Shown here: positions 26,849 through 36,570 of the stretch, piece by piece
Layout of the letters: every line of letters starts with the position of its first letter
Position numbering within the stretch: position 1 is the stretch's first letter
Virus record (IMG/VR): IMGVR_UViG_3300020048_000074
Coordinates: 1 to 64,000 of that record
Origin: an uncultured virus (IMG/VR IMGVR_UViG_3300020048_000074)
Taxonomy: Duplodnaviria > Heunggongvirae > Uroviricota > Caudoviricetes
Strand: one strand, 5' to 3'
Length of the DNA stretch: 64,000 bases
Translations under genes and position numbers: made by a program
Notes under the pieces: generated by a model
The model's input: the letters and a program-made list of their open reading frames with translations, nothing else
What the model was told of the DNA's origin: nothing
Database searches by the model: none

Positions 26849-27873
26849 TATTCATCCTCCAAGCGGTTTAAGAAATCTTTTGTTCGATCCACATCTGCTT
26901 TGAATCCGTCACTCTCTTTCAACCTAGATGACGTTTTCAAATACTTACCTTCAATTTTTTTACGGTCACGATATTCAGCTATCACATTCGGGTATAAAAA
27001 TAAACCAAAATTAAAACCAGCACTAGCATACTTATGCCCAGCGTACCAAGCACAGTACCCTGCAAAATCAAACCCTTCCTCAGACAGTAAACTGATAAGA
27101 GATTCAAACCTTCGCTTGCGTACCAAAACGTTAGGATCAATTTCAAAACCTTTAAAGTATTTTTCCAGCTCTTTCTTTGCTATCGCCCAGTCAGCATCGT
27201 GTTGGATATCCCAAAGAGAAAAATTGTTTGACAATCTACGACCTTTCATCTCCACCTGAGCATGACACCTATTACAAAGCCAAAGGACATCCAACCAGCT
27301 TTCTTCCTCGTACCCTTTATGATGATGGGCAGACGGGTGACATTTAGCATCACAAGCCGAACAGGTCGATGGGCGTATAAGCTCACCACGAGCCACCGCT
27401 ATAGTTACAGCACGCCTCGCTGCTGCTTTCAATCCACCAAGCCCTTCGACGTATCCTTCTGAGCCAGACCATACCCTCGAATCATCTTCTTTATTATCTT
27501 TATTACTTATAGAGTTGTTTATCATAACAATATGCGCATTAGTCTTTTGAGAAGCTATGTTAAGTATAGAGTATATAATACTAAGCTTATTCGAGGGTAT
27601 GGTCTGGCTCGAAAGGGGAACTACCATAACCTTTTGGCGATGCTCCGTTCCTTTAGCTGGGCCAAAAGTAATAGCGTCATGCGCTTCCAAGAGCTTGAGA
27701 TGCTTACGCACCGTTTTAACGTTTATACCTGTAGCTTCCACGATGTCTTTAGTCGTAATTTCTTTATCGTTTTTTGACACTAAAAATAAATAGATTACGA
27801 CTGTCTGTGGAGCTATGGTTAAATCGTGATACTGCTTTATTATTCCAGTGATAAAATCAGTTGCAGGTTTCAT
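26848..27873 (-). CDS. putative replication initiator (N-terminal wHTH) with internal HNH-like domain
   Basis: TTKDIVEATGINVKTVRKHLKLLE; CSAC..AHHH..Y..LDVLWLC..CH; upstream of loader and helicase. Confidence 0.7.
   Translation of the reverse strand: MKPATDFITGIIKQYHDLTIAPQTVVIYLFLVSKNDKEITTKDIVEATGINVKTVRKHLKLLEAHDAITFGPAKGTEHRQKVMVVPLSSQTIPSNKLSIIYSILNIASQKTNAHIVMINNSISNKDNKEDDSRVWSGSEGYVEGLGGLKAAARRAVTIAVARGELIRPSTCSACDAKCHPSAHHHKGYEEESWLDVLWLCNRCHAQVEMKGRRLSNNFSLWDIQHDADWAIAKKELEKYFKGFEIDPNVLVRKRRFESLISLLSEEGFDFAGYCAWYAGHKYASAGFNFGLFLYPNVIAEYRDRKKIEGKYLKTSSRLKESDGFKADVDRTKDFLNRLEDE
27461..27610. repeat. perfect 22-bp inverted repeat around a 106-bp AT-rich spacer (candidate replication origin)
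   Basis: gagccagaccataccctcgaat (27461-27482) and attcgagggtatggtctggctc (27589-27610). Confidence 0.85.
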
Positions 27874-28175
27874 AACAGCCCCTCATCATCCTCCACACTT
27901 GACGGCGTGGTTATCTTGGAAGCCTTCGGCGCGATCACTCGTTTTATCCCGAGTTTGCTTGTTCGATACTTCCCGGAGAAATTCATATACACGATTGTTT
28001 CGGCTGATCCATGGCTCAGTAGCGGCTCCACCTTGACCAGCTCCCTTGAAGCCTGCCGCTTCGACATTCCACTTTCCAAGCATTCCTGAAGGAACTCTAC
28101 CCGGGCCGCTGTTCTGGTAAGAGTCTCAAGCAGCTCATGGTATCTTGCCTTCCGCTCTTCATCTTTATTTTGCAT
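27870..28175 (-). CDS. hypothetical protein
   Basis: ATG at 28175 after GGGAG. Confidence 0.6.
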   Translation of the reverse strand: MQNKDEERKARYHELLETLTRTAARVEFLQECLESGMSKRQASRELVKVEPLLSHGSAETIVYMNFSGKYRTSKLGIKRVIAPKASKITTPSSVEDDEGLL

Positions 28176-28206
28176 TGCCACTCCCTGATAATTAAACTTT
28201 ATTTGC

Positions 28207-28761
28207 TTACGCATACTTTCGAGCAAAGCGCAACACCTTTGCCTTATGCTTCGCCCACGTGCTACGCGTAACCAAGTAGTCACTACAAAATTGCTTGTCT
28301 GTTTTACCCTGTCTCAGGTATCGGAATGTAACAAAATCAAAGTACATCGATTTACTTTTCTCATACCTTAATTTTAAATCACTCTCAATCTGGTCAAGCG
28401 TGTAGTTTGTTTCAACGTCAACATAACACGTATCGACGAGGCCACCATTGCAGTGCACTTCGTCTAAATATGAGATGCTGTTCGTCTTGCTTTCTTTTTT
28501 TGGGTTAGTACATGCTTCAACATTCTTAACAAGCAGGTGCCCATAGCTTGAGAACACTACATCGAAAGCGTAATCGATTATCGGAATGCTGCCATCGTAT
28601 TTTGTTTCTATGGCGTCAAACAGCTTCAGCCATAAATCATTTTCGGCATCGCTGAGATCGAGGTAGGACGGGTACCATCCTCTGAGCTTTTTGGCTAGGT
28701 ATTTGATTCGGGAACACAGCTTGGGGTTAGAAACGCATTGGTCTTTCAGGGATAGCAGCAT
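28207..28761 (-). CDS. sigma-factor-like transcription regulator
   Basis: region-2-like DLSDAENDLWLKLFDAIETKYD; C-terminal HTH-like segment; strong SD. Confidence 0.6.
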   Translation of the reverse strand: MLLSLKDQCVSNPKLCSRIKYLAKKLRGWYPSYLDLSDAENDLWLKLFDAIETKYDGSIPIIDYAFDVVFSSYGHLLVKNVEACTNPKKESKTNSISYLDEVHCNGGLVDTCYVDVETNYTLDQIESDLKLRYEKSKSMYFDFVTFRYLRQGKTDKQFCSDYLVTRSTWAKHKAKVLRFARKYA

Positions 28762-28813
28762 GTGGGTTACCTCCTTATGCTACTCAAAATAGTATTCTAT
28801 TAGATTCTTACTA

Positions 28814-28842
28814 AATATACACCCGGTCCGTTTGGCTGTCAA
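28814..28842 (-). promoter_or_regulatory. sigma70-type promoter of the replication operon
   Basis: TTGACA-17 nt-TATATT. Confidence 0.85.
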
Positions 28843-28891
28843 GCACTAATTTTTAAAATTCGATGTATTTCTCGTAATTGCTTACAGCATA

Positions 28892-28923
28892 TAAAGAAGC
28901 CGGTGGGTAGTCAGTCCACCGGC
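28892..28923 (-). terminator. intrinsic terminator ending the late/lysis operon
   Basis: gccggtgg/ccaccggc stem then TTCTTT. Confidence 0.75.
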
Positions 28924-28957
28924 AGGAGAGAGCTACCAACTGGTTGCCCAGTTAGCA

Positions 28958-29518
28958 CTATTTCATCAGATTGGAGATAATTACATACGTGGTTTCCCCA
29001 ACGACAACCGCGCTAAGCACCCCGATAATAATTCCATACACTTTTAACTTTCTCTCGTAGCCGGTAACCAGTACACCTATCTGCTTTATGTGATCCTCCG
29101 TTGCTTTATCAAAATCCGCTTGTAATTTTATCAACGATTCCGATAGCACGATCAAGCGACTCTCCAAGAAGTCGATTCGATTCTGTAAGCGAGTTTGTTC
29201 CTCCAATGCTATTGATAAGCGCGTCTCTAAGTCTGCTATTTTCAACGCCGAGGCCAGCCGCAGCTTCTCGGCTTCTTCCAAGCTCAGATTCAAGTCTATT
29301 ATTTTCTTCTCTGAGTCCTCTTGCGATTTCTTTGCTTCTATCAAGTTCGTCTTTAATGACTCCACTGCTTCGCTTGAGGTCTTCAACAGAGCCTTGGAGT
29401 TCAACAACTCGACCTTGAGCTGTTGTAAGCTCTCCACTGATACGCTTATTGTCTGCGCGGAGAGTGGCAACGAGTTTAGAAGAACGAGACTCAGAAAGAA
29501 GCGATGTGATAGTTTCAT
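28958..29518 (-). CDS. spanin-like coiled-coil protein (signal peptide, C-terminal TM)
   Basis: MKLSHRFFLSLVLL..LSA signal, heptads, hydrophobic C-terminus; overlaps its partner. Confidence 0.6.
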   Translation of the reverse strand: MKLSHRFFLSLVLLNSLPLSAQTISVSVESLQQLKVELLNSKALLKTSSEAVESLKTNLIEAKKSQEDSEKKIIDLNLSLEEAEKLRLASALKIADLETRLSIALEEQTRLQNRIDFLESRLIVLSESLIKLQADFDKATEDHIKQIGVLVTGYERKLKVYGIIIGVLSAVVVGETTYVIISNLMK

Positions 29519-29585
29519 ACACCAAACCCCCGGCGACCAAGACAGCCGCAGATATAAGGATAACCTTTAAAAGCTTCTTGCTCAT
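29109..29585 (-). CDS. i-spanin-like protein
   Basis: N-terminal TM followed by coiled coil; directly after holin. Confidence 0.65.
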   Translation of the reverse strand: MSKKLLKVILISAAVLVAGGLVYETITSLLSESRSSKLVATLRADNKRISGELTTAQGRVVELQGSVEDLKRSSGVIKDELDRSKEIARGLREENNRLESELGRSREAAAGLGVENSRLRDALINSIGGTNSLTESNRLLGESLDRAIGIVDKITSGF

Positions 29586-29594
29586 GGTTCACCT

Positions 29595-29858
29595 CTATTT
29601 TCCATTCTCGGATTTCGCCTGTATCGCTTTCGCTGCTTCTCCCATACCGAACATGGCCGTGCCTATGCCGACAAGGATAATTCCAGATGGTGTGTTACTG
29701 GTTTTTAACCAAAATAGTTCCACCGGCGTTATGATAAGCCCAACCCACACCACGAGCTTGGCTAGTTGCACTCCATAGTAAACTACTAGGCGCATCATGG
29801 AAAACTCACCTGTCCCATCTTTGAAAAATCCTGAATCAAGATTTTTTGGTAACCGCAT
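29595..29858 (-). CDS. holin-like membrane protein
   Basis: two TM segments, FFKDGTGEFSMMRL N-terminus, charged C-terminus. Confidence 0.7.
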   Translation of the reverse strand: MRLPKNLDSGFFKDGTGEFSMMRLVVYYGVQLAKLVVWVGLIITPVELFWLKTSNTPSGIILVGIGTAMFGMGEAAKAIQAKSENGK

Positions 29859-29898
29859 ATATAAACCCCCAATCAAGTTTTATTTTATTTTCCCATAT

Positions 29899-31635
29899 CT
29901 ATAGCCCATGTATTAACGTCATTATAATTGCACCGTCAGCACCCGCAACTCCCGACTGAATTGAACTTGCTGCGGTGAATAAAAGACCGGGAGCACCACC
30001 GCCATACAAGCCATCGCCTGAAACACTCATACCTGAGCTAGCTATGTTTCGTCTACCTGATCCATAATGGGAATCCCCGCCTGCACCTGAAGCACAAACA
30101 GCGGGTGTAGTCGCAAAATACATTCCCTTTTCCCCTGCTTGACCATTTATGGTGATTGCACCGCCTATGGACGCACTAACAACACCACCAGCACCCGCAG
30201 CGTTGCTACCCGACGCACCCATACCCGATGTGCCTAAACCGCCACCAGCAGTAAGAACGGACCCTCTCAAATTAAGAGATGTGGGGCCTCCATTACCTCC
30301 CGCATTATTTCCAGCTGCACCAGCAACCCCACCCGCGCCTATAGCACAAACATACGAGACTCCGATTTCTAATAACGTTTGCAAAATTAACGAAGCCCCA
30401 CCACCTGCGCCACTCGCACCAAAAATAAAAGATGAGCCACATCCCCCCGTACCACCACCTGCACCCACAAGCTCAAGTTGATATAAACCCGTAATTGGGG
30501 CATTAAGAGTTAGTGCTCCCGCCCCAACAATATTTTTGTATCCGGAACTTGAACCGGCTACCAGTACCCACACAGCGCCATCCGATACTAAGGATACATA
30601 CTGACTAGTGTAAGCTAATCGAATTAAATTAGTTACACCACCTGAAGAATAGCCTATACGCTCACTGCCATAGGGTACAATATCGAGTCCCCAGTAAGTC
30701 AAATTAGTATCAGTTCTAAAAAACGTTAGTTTTCTACCTGTATTAAAACTTGCTTGGGGTAATACTATTTGATAATTGGTGTTGGAAATTGAGCATTTAA
30801 ACAACAAATCTTTTGTCGTATCACTTAATGCTAGGGCACCAGTAATACTTATAATGTTTAAAGGTATTAAAATATCAACATATAGTTTATTTGCTATGTC
30901 TAAATTCGCAACCGGATTGTTTACTTGTGACCTACCCGCCGCGTCACGCTTCATTGTAGAGCTTAGCGCTGGGGTAACTGATTTATTAGTAATTGTAATT
31001 CCAATTTCATTCGACCACAACCACGATTCATTAAAATAAGTAACGTCATTTTGGCTTATGCTTGTAGCCGCAATATCCACCCGCACCTCTGCAAGTTTTA
31101 TCCACCCCGCAGTCGTACTCGGCGTCACCCCTCCGCTTCCTTTTCGTATTGCCACTTCATAGGTATACTGCTTCCCGGTAGCCACTATCGCCGTGCTTAT
31201 CAAACCGGTTATCGGGTCTTTAAAGTTTCTGGTAACGGAATCCACGTTCGTAACTACCGGCCTTATTTCTACGATATCAACCCTGTCAAACGTCTCGCCT
31301 ATTCCGTTATCAAAAGCTAATACTTGGTCTTCAGGTACAATAACGCCAAAGCTATAGTCGGGATTGGCCGCGAATCCCCACGTATCGCCGTCCATGTAAC
31401 ACCCGGTATGAGACAACGCGGAACCCGCAGCCATTCGCACGGACATTCCGGTAACAAACGTAAAATCCAATCCCTTTATTACTTCAGCGCCCGTGGACTG
31501 GTTGCTCATGTTTAAAAGCATGTCAACCATATTCTGATAGGATTCATACCCTAGTCTATTTATGTCCTCTTGGCGCAGCATTTCGTTGGTGAACCACTGA
31601 CGAGTTTTTAATCCGCGTGCGTTTGCGTACTTCAT
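29899..31635 (-). CDS. tail fibre protein 2 (Gly-rich C-terminus)
   Basis: N-terminal ~210 aa paralogous to 31998..34715; DIANKLYVD motif; Gly-rich tip. Confidence 0.85.
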   Translation of the reverse strand: MKYANARGLKTRQWFTNEMLRQEDINRLGYESYQNMVDMLLNMSNQSTGAEVIKGLDFTFVTGMSVRMAAGSALSHTGCYMDGDTWGFAANPDYSFGVIVPEDQVLAFDNGIGETFDRVDIVEIRPVVTNVDSVTRNFKDPITGLISTAIVATGKQYTYEVAIRKGSGGVTPSTTAGWIKLAEVRVDIAATSISQNDVTYFNESWLWSNEIGITITNKSVTPALSSTMKRDAAGRSQVNNPVANLDIANKLYVDILIPLNIISITGALALSDTTKDLLFKCSISNTNYQIVLPQASFNTGRKLTFFRTDTNLTYWGLDIVPYGSERIGYSSGGVTNLIRLAYTSQYVSLVSDGAVWVLVAGSSSGYKNIVGAGALTLNAPITGLYQLELVGAGGGTGGCGSSFIFGASGAGGGASLILQTLLEIGVSYVCAIGAGGVAGAAGNNAGGNGGPTSLNLRGSVLTAGGGLGTSGMGASGSNAAGAGGVVSASIGGAITINGQAGEKGMYFATTPAVCASGAGGDSHYGSGRRNIASSGMSVSGDGLYGGGAPGLLFTAASSIQSGVAGADGAIIMTLIHGL

Positions 31636-31646
31636 AGTTCACATCC

Positions 31647-31748
31647 TTATGGGTGGCATCTTGTTAAGTTTGAGCAGTTAGTAAAGACTTGAAGAGAACC
31701 TGTTCCGTCTTTGAAAGACTCGGGATCGAGATTTTTTGGTAATCGCAT
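31647..31748 (-). pseudogene. truncated duplicate of the holin 5' end
   Basis: translates MRLPKNLDPESFKDGTG.. versus holin MRLPKNLDSGFFKDGTG; stops after 33 aa. Confidence 0.8.
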
Positions 31749-31785
31749 ACAACTACTCCTTTAAAACGAATAATCTACTAATACT

Positions 31786-31986
31786 CTATGACTCCGGATT
31801 CGCCTCTTTTATTTTCAGCATACCCTTGTCGTCGTACTCGTCAATACGGCGACCAGCTACGGTCTGCGGAGAAACAAGATCACAAGGATACGGGAACACC
31901 AAGTAATCTTGAATATTCGCAGGTTCGGCTGATCCAAACATAACTGTCATTATTATTCCGTTCTCAACCATGATGTAAGTAAACAT
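31786..31986 (-). CDS. small tail-fibre-associated protein
   Basis: 66 aa after the fibre gene, AGGAG SD. Confidence 0.6.
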   Translation of the reverse strand: MFTYIMVENGIIMTVMFGSAEPANIQDYLVFPYPCDLVSPQTVAGRRIDEYDDKGMLKIKEANPES

Positions 31987-31997
31987 AATATCACTCC

Positions 31998-34715
31998 TTA
32001 ATACTCTATGATTATGATACCAGAACCGCCAGAACCTCCTGCATTTCCATTATAAGAAGAGCCTCCTCCGCCGCCGCCACCAAAGTTTCCATTTGAACCT
32101 ATTGAATCTGCAACTCCTGCACCACCCGCACCACCACCGGCTCCACCGTTTCCATAGGTACTCGGAGTTGTCGATCCTTCAGTCCCTGATCCACCGCAAG
32201 CTCCCGCTTGAACACCAGTAGACCCAGCCCCTCCTACGCCGCTTACCCCGCCATCACCACCCGCACCTCCACCGGTACAGGTAGGTGCGCCTGCAAAAGA
32301 AGTGCTTCCTCCACCGGCTCCAACACCTCCACCGGCTCCAACGGAATAGGCTAAAGACTGTGACGGAGTTACAGTTATAACGGAGGCCGCGACTAAACTG
32401 ATACAAGTTCCGCCCCCGCCTCCACCAGCTCGCCTCCACGTTGCCTGATTACCGTAGCCACCACCACCGCCACCACCAATGCAAGTAACTCTTAATTTAT
32501 AAACATTTGCTGGAACAGTCCAATTTCCTGAACCGGAAGTTAATTTAACTATTTCACCTTTCCATGTACTATGCATAGCGGAATTTAAAATTTCATTCCA
32601 ATACGATCCTAACGTATTATTTAAAATGTGTTTAAAATACATAGCACCTAAGTTATCTGTAGCAATAACTAAACCCGTTCCAGTAATAGTTCCTCGTTCA
32701 GTTTTAAAAAATGTGTAGGTCCATACTTTTGTAGATACACCTTCAGGACTAGATGAAGTACCTATGCCACCCGATGCAGTTCCAAAAGGGTATACAGCCA
32801 ATAAACCTAGTAAGTTTGTTGTAACATCCCCAGAAAACAAAGAAACAAGATTTTGTCCAATAGCTAAACCATACTGCTTATTTACTATGTCTAAATCCGC
32901 AACCGGATTGTTTACTTGTGCGCAACCAGAAGCACCTCTGGTCATTAAAGAGTTTATAACAGGTGTACTAGACTTTACTTGACAGTCTACACCACTTCCT
33001 TGTTCGAGGTATAAATTATAAACTTCACCTGCGGATAATGCACGGTTATAGATGCGGGGTTCGTCGATGGTGCCGTTGTAATAATAGTCTGGGCCTCCTA
33101 TTTGAACTGGGCCTAGTCCTGACGTTAAGCTCGCTCCAGTAGTCGGTTGCGTTGAGACTAGATTACCATTTAAATACAGTTTTGCTACGTTGCCCGATAG
33201 TGTGGCACAGATATGATGCCACGACCCATTAGCCATCGCAGAATTAGGTATACTACATCGAGTTATGTCTATTGCCGAACCCAACTTAAATATCAGTGCG
33301 TTATATGGTGCAGAAGAATATATTGACGGATAATCTGAACTCGTCCTAATTATCCTCTCTGCAACCGAAATAGCACTAAAATCTCTTATCTTATAAATCC
33401 AAACAGAATAAGACATATACGCCGTTGCATTGTCAACTTGTGACGTGCTTACATAATCATTCACCCCATCAAACGCCAGCGCATTACCAGATATTCCAGC
33501 TACCGGGGTAGCTCCATAAATAGTGCCGTGTTTCCCGTTGCCGGAATTATCAACGAGGGAGTTGGTGAGATATGCGCCAGTGCCAACGTAAATCCAGTCG
33601 ATTTCACAAGTGTCTCCTACTGAACCACCCTCGTTTATTAAAAATAATCCTGCTACAGTTTCCGCCCCTGTAGCTACGGTAATATCTACTATTTTTGATA
33701 TACCAAGAGACATCCCCGTAATATTTCCGCCTGAACTAAATCCTGATATTGATCGATTAACTCCTAATCTATAGCTGGTGAGTGTCCCTGCTGTAATCTT
33801 TAATTTTGCTCTAATTGTATATGTCGAAGCCCCGGCAGATAAGCCCTTATAAGCAAAATTAGTCCCGGCTAAGTTATTTACAACAGTAAGACTTCTGGCA
33901 ACAGTGTCCTTGCTAACTGTGCATTTTGTTCCATTCCACCCATCCACCGTCGCCCACGCATCTTGCAAATACGTCACGCCAACCGGGTCGTCTGGTATCT
34001 CCGGCACATTGTTCATTGACCAACGTGCGATTAAGTTTGCATCACTTACTTTTTGTAGCCTATTTAAAGCGGTTGATCCCATATCTTTTGACCATAACCA
34101 CGATTCGTTAAAATATGTGATATCACTTTGAGTTATGCTTGTAGCCGAAATCGCAACCCGTATCTCTGCGAGTTTTATCCATCCGGGAGTACCGTTTGGT
34201 GGAAGCCCACCGCTTCCTGAAGTTACTTTAAACTCGTATCCATATTCTTTTTTTGTTGACACCAAAGCCGTACTAATAAGCCCGGTTACTGGGTCCTTAA
34301 AGTTACGCGACTTTGAATCGTAGTCATTCAACTTAGGTCTGATTTCTAAAATGTCTATACGTGCAGAAGCCCCACCGGGAACCAAACCTATTGAAACATC
34401 TTCAGGAACAACCACCATGAACATTTTCTCCGGTGAAGCTACAAATCCCCATACCCTACCTTCAAGGTACGATCCACTGAATGACATCGCTATACCAGCT
34501 TTAAGCGACATGGTTAAAGCGGTAACCCAAACAAGTTCAAGCCCACCAAGCACCGTGTCTATATTTCCACTGGTATTTCCTTTTACCAGTACGCCAAAAG
34601 AGTCTACCAAGTTTTGATACTGGGTCTGCCCTATATTGTTTATGTCTTCTTGACGAAGCATTTCGTTGGTGAACCACTGTGAAGTTTTTATACCACGGCT
34701 ATCGCTTAATTTCAT
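31998..34715 (-). CDS. tail fibre protein 1 with LamG-like domain
   Basis: ALAFDGVNDYV..WHHI..GTIDEPRIYNRAL; Gly-rich C-terminus. Confidence 0.88.
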   Translation of the reverse strand: MKLSDSRGIKTSQWFTNEMLRQEDINNIGQTQYQNLVDSFGVLVKGNTSGNIDTVLGGLELVWVTALTMSLKAGIAMSFSGSYLEGRVWGFVASPEKMFMVVVPEDVSIGLVPGGASARIDILEIRPKLNDYDSKSRNFKDPVTGLISTALVSTKKEYGYEFKVTSGSGGLPPNGTPGWIKLAEIRVAISATSITQSDITYFNESWLWSKDMGSTALNRLQKVSDANLIARWSMNNVPEIPDDPVGVTYLQDAWATVDGWNGTKCTVSKDTVARSLTVVNNLAGTNFAYKGLSAGASTYTIRAKLKITAGTLTSYRLGVNRSISGFSSGGNITGMSLGISKIVDITVATGAETVAGLFLINEGGSVGDTCEIDWIYVGTGAYLTNSLVDNSGNGKHGTIYGATPVAGISGNALAFDGVNDYVSTSQVDNATAYMSYSVWIYKIRDFSAISVAERIIRTSSDYPSIYSSAPYNALIFKLGSAIDITRCSIPNSAMANGSWHHICATLSGNVAKLYLNGNLVSTQPTTGASLTSGLGPVQIGGPDYYYNGTIDEPRIYNRALSAGEVYNLYLEQGSGVDCQVKSSTPVINSLMTRGASGCAQVNNPVADLDIVNKQYGLAIGQNLVSLFSGDVTTNLLGLLAVYPFGTASGGIGTSSSPEGVSTKVWTYTFFKTERGTITGTGLVIATDNLGAMYFKHILNNTLGSYWNEILNSAMHSTWKGEIVKLTSGSGNWTVPANVYKLRVTCIGGGGGGGYGNQATWRRAGGGGGGTCISLVAASVITVTPSQSLAYSVGAGGGVGAGGGSTSFAGAPTCTGGGAGGDGGVSGVGGAGSTGVQAGACGGSGTEGSTTPSTYGNGGAGGGAGGAGVADSIGSNGNFGGGGGGGSSYNGNAGGSGGSGIIIIEY

Positions 34716-34725
34716 TGTGATCCCC

Positions 34726-35475
34726 CTAAGCTATCGTTGCGTTTACAGTTTTATTAAAGCTTATTGTTTTTTGTACCGAAGCCTTAACGGTCTTATAAAC
34801 CTGCACCGTTCCTATAATCATGCTTGATGTTTTCGTTACCCGTCTTTGTTTTACGAAAATCAAATCGTAATCAACACCCGCCGCTTTTATCCTGTCAACG
34901 AGTTCTCCGATATACGATATAACCTCACCTACACCTTCGCCACCTATAAAGTTTTGATCGATGTATCCGGTGTCGATGTTGTTTAAAAACATAGCGTCCT
35001 CATAGGATACCGTGCCTTCAATACGCAACTGAAAATAAGTAGACGTAATCTCAAATATTTCTATTACCTGAACCGCGCCGGTTACATCGGCTATAAAATA
35101 GCGCAGTGCATCGAGTATGGCCCACTTCGTTGTCCTTCTTTTATTCAACGATTGGTTTACAATCGTCTTGAACCTTTTTCGGTATATGGAATCAAGCTCC
35201 CCTCGGTTTCTTCGAGGCAGATCGATAAACGCGTTTATAAGTGCATCGAGATTTCCACCCTCTGCAATATCAAGAGAAAAAGAACGCACAAAATAAGTAG
35301 ACACCATACGCAGATTTTCGAGTTCATTGCATAACGCTCCACAATTAAAATCAGACGACTTCGTTATTTCAACAGCAGGTACGAACTCAGGATTTCCAAA
35401 AATCGCTAGGTAGTCCGGATTCTGTTTATTTATTGCGTTTGAGATTGTGCTATTGAACGTGTCTATGGCACTCAT
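34726..35475 (-). CDS. baseplate wedge protein
   Basis: position after baseplate J; LPRR..E.D..YRKR and IKAAGV motifs. Confidence 0.7.
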   Translation of the reverse strand: MSAIDTFNSTISNAINKQNPDYLAIFGNPEFVPAVEITKSSDFNCGALCNELENLRMVSTYFVRSFSLDIAEGGNLDALINAFIDLPRRNRGELDSIYRKRFKTIVNQSLNKRRTTKWAILDALRYFIADVTGAVQVIEIFEITSTYFQLRIEGTVSYEDAMFLNNIDTGYIDQNFIGGEGVGEVISYIGELVDRIKAAGVDYDLIFVKQRRVTKTSSMIIGTVQVYKTVKASVQKTISFNKTVNATIA

Positions 35476-35478
35476 GCG

Positions 35479-36561
35479 TTACACTCCAAACAGGGTTACG
35501 GTACCCAACCTGCCGACCTGTGTGGCAGCTACGCCTACGTTTGCAGCAGGTAAAGTTAAACTAACATCGATAACACCAAAAACACCCATTATGGATGCTA
35601 TCAATTCATTGTACACTATATCTGCCCCAACACCGAGCGTGTTTACATAATTGGTAAGCGCATCGATCACATCTTTCTTTAGCTGATCGGTATCGACGCC
35701 TGAAAGGATGGATAGCGTGGCAGAAACGTTCTGGGTGATCCTTCCCGGCTGCTTTACCTGAACGTTTATGCCTGCGGCTCGGTACCCGGGGTTTTCTTCA
35801 GTCCCATCACCATCGATAACCGCTTGCACCTCTGCGATCTGGTCTGAGGTAAGCCCGATACTTGTGCCATCGTCAACGTACAAATCGACATTAACACCAG
35901 CCACTGGGGGAAACAGCTCGACGATAGACGCACTGGTTATCCCTTCGACACTCATAGCGCCAAAACGTAAACCGGCCAAGTTTGATTTTCCCAAGCCCTC
36001 GATATACGATTGAAATCTATTCTTGTACGCTATATCCGATTCTACGTTTACGCCTCCGGTCGCTGCAAGCGCGTTGGTTACGCTATCAACGCCGCTTATA
36101 GAATCCTCGATTGTAGTTATGGTTCCCGACCCTACATTGTAGTTTGAACCAACTTCGTCGGCGGTAACTGGAACCGAAGCTGAAGCAGTCAACCCGTTGC
36201 CTATATAGGTTGCGCTGTCCAAAATAAAGCGAAGACCTGACGCGGTTTTCAAACGGGTTCCTTCCGGTATATCCACTTGGGCACCGGCTACCAGTCTTGA
36301 AAACACCACGTTTACTTTAGCTTTCGTTCCAGTTTTACGCGCAAAATCAAAAACAGTTTCCTGTACGTTATTCAGGTACCTGCGAAACCCAAGATAGCAG
36401 GCCACGTACACTTCCTCGATGCTTAAAGATGCGCCTTCAACAAACGAGCGTATTACCGATCCCGGGGACATATCGGTTATGCTCGGCGCATTCGCTATAA
36501 TCCATGCTGTCATGTCGGAAACTATTTGATCGAATGTCTTAACGCTAAAGTTTGTTGCCAT
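35479..36561 (-). CDS. baseplate J-like protein
   Basis: PGSVIRS, ATGGVNVESD, YRAAGI. Confidence 0.9.
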   Translation of the reverse strand: MATNFSVKTFDQIVSDMTAWIIANAPSITDMSPGSVIRSFVEGASLSIEEVYVACYLGFRRYLNNVQETVFDFARKTGTKAKVNVVFSRLVAGAQVDIPEGTRLKTASGLRFILDSATYIGNGLTASASVPVTADEVGSNYNVGSGTITTIEDSISGVDSVTNALAATGGVNVESDIAYKNRFQSYIEGLGKSNLAGLRFGAMSVEGITSASIVELFPPVAGVNVDLYVDDGTSIGLTSDQIAEVQAVIDGDGTEENPGYRAAGINVQVKQPGRITQNVSATLSILSGVDTDQLKKDVIDALTNYVNTLGVGADIVYNELIASIMGVFGVIDVSLTLPAANVGVAATQVGRLGTVTLFGV

Positions 36562-36570
36562 ACTATCCCC

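Noticed and set aside
29899..34715. Diversity-generating retroelement or invertible shufflon at the tail fibres
   Set aside because: No reverse transcriptase or invertase; shared patches are direct, N-terminal or internal, and not adenine-specific variants.
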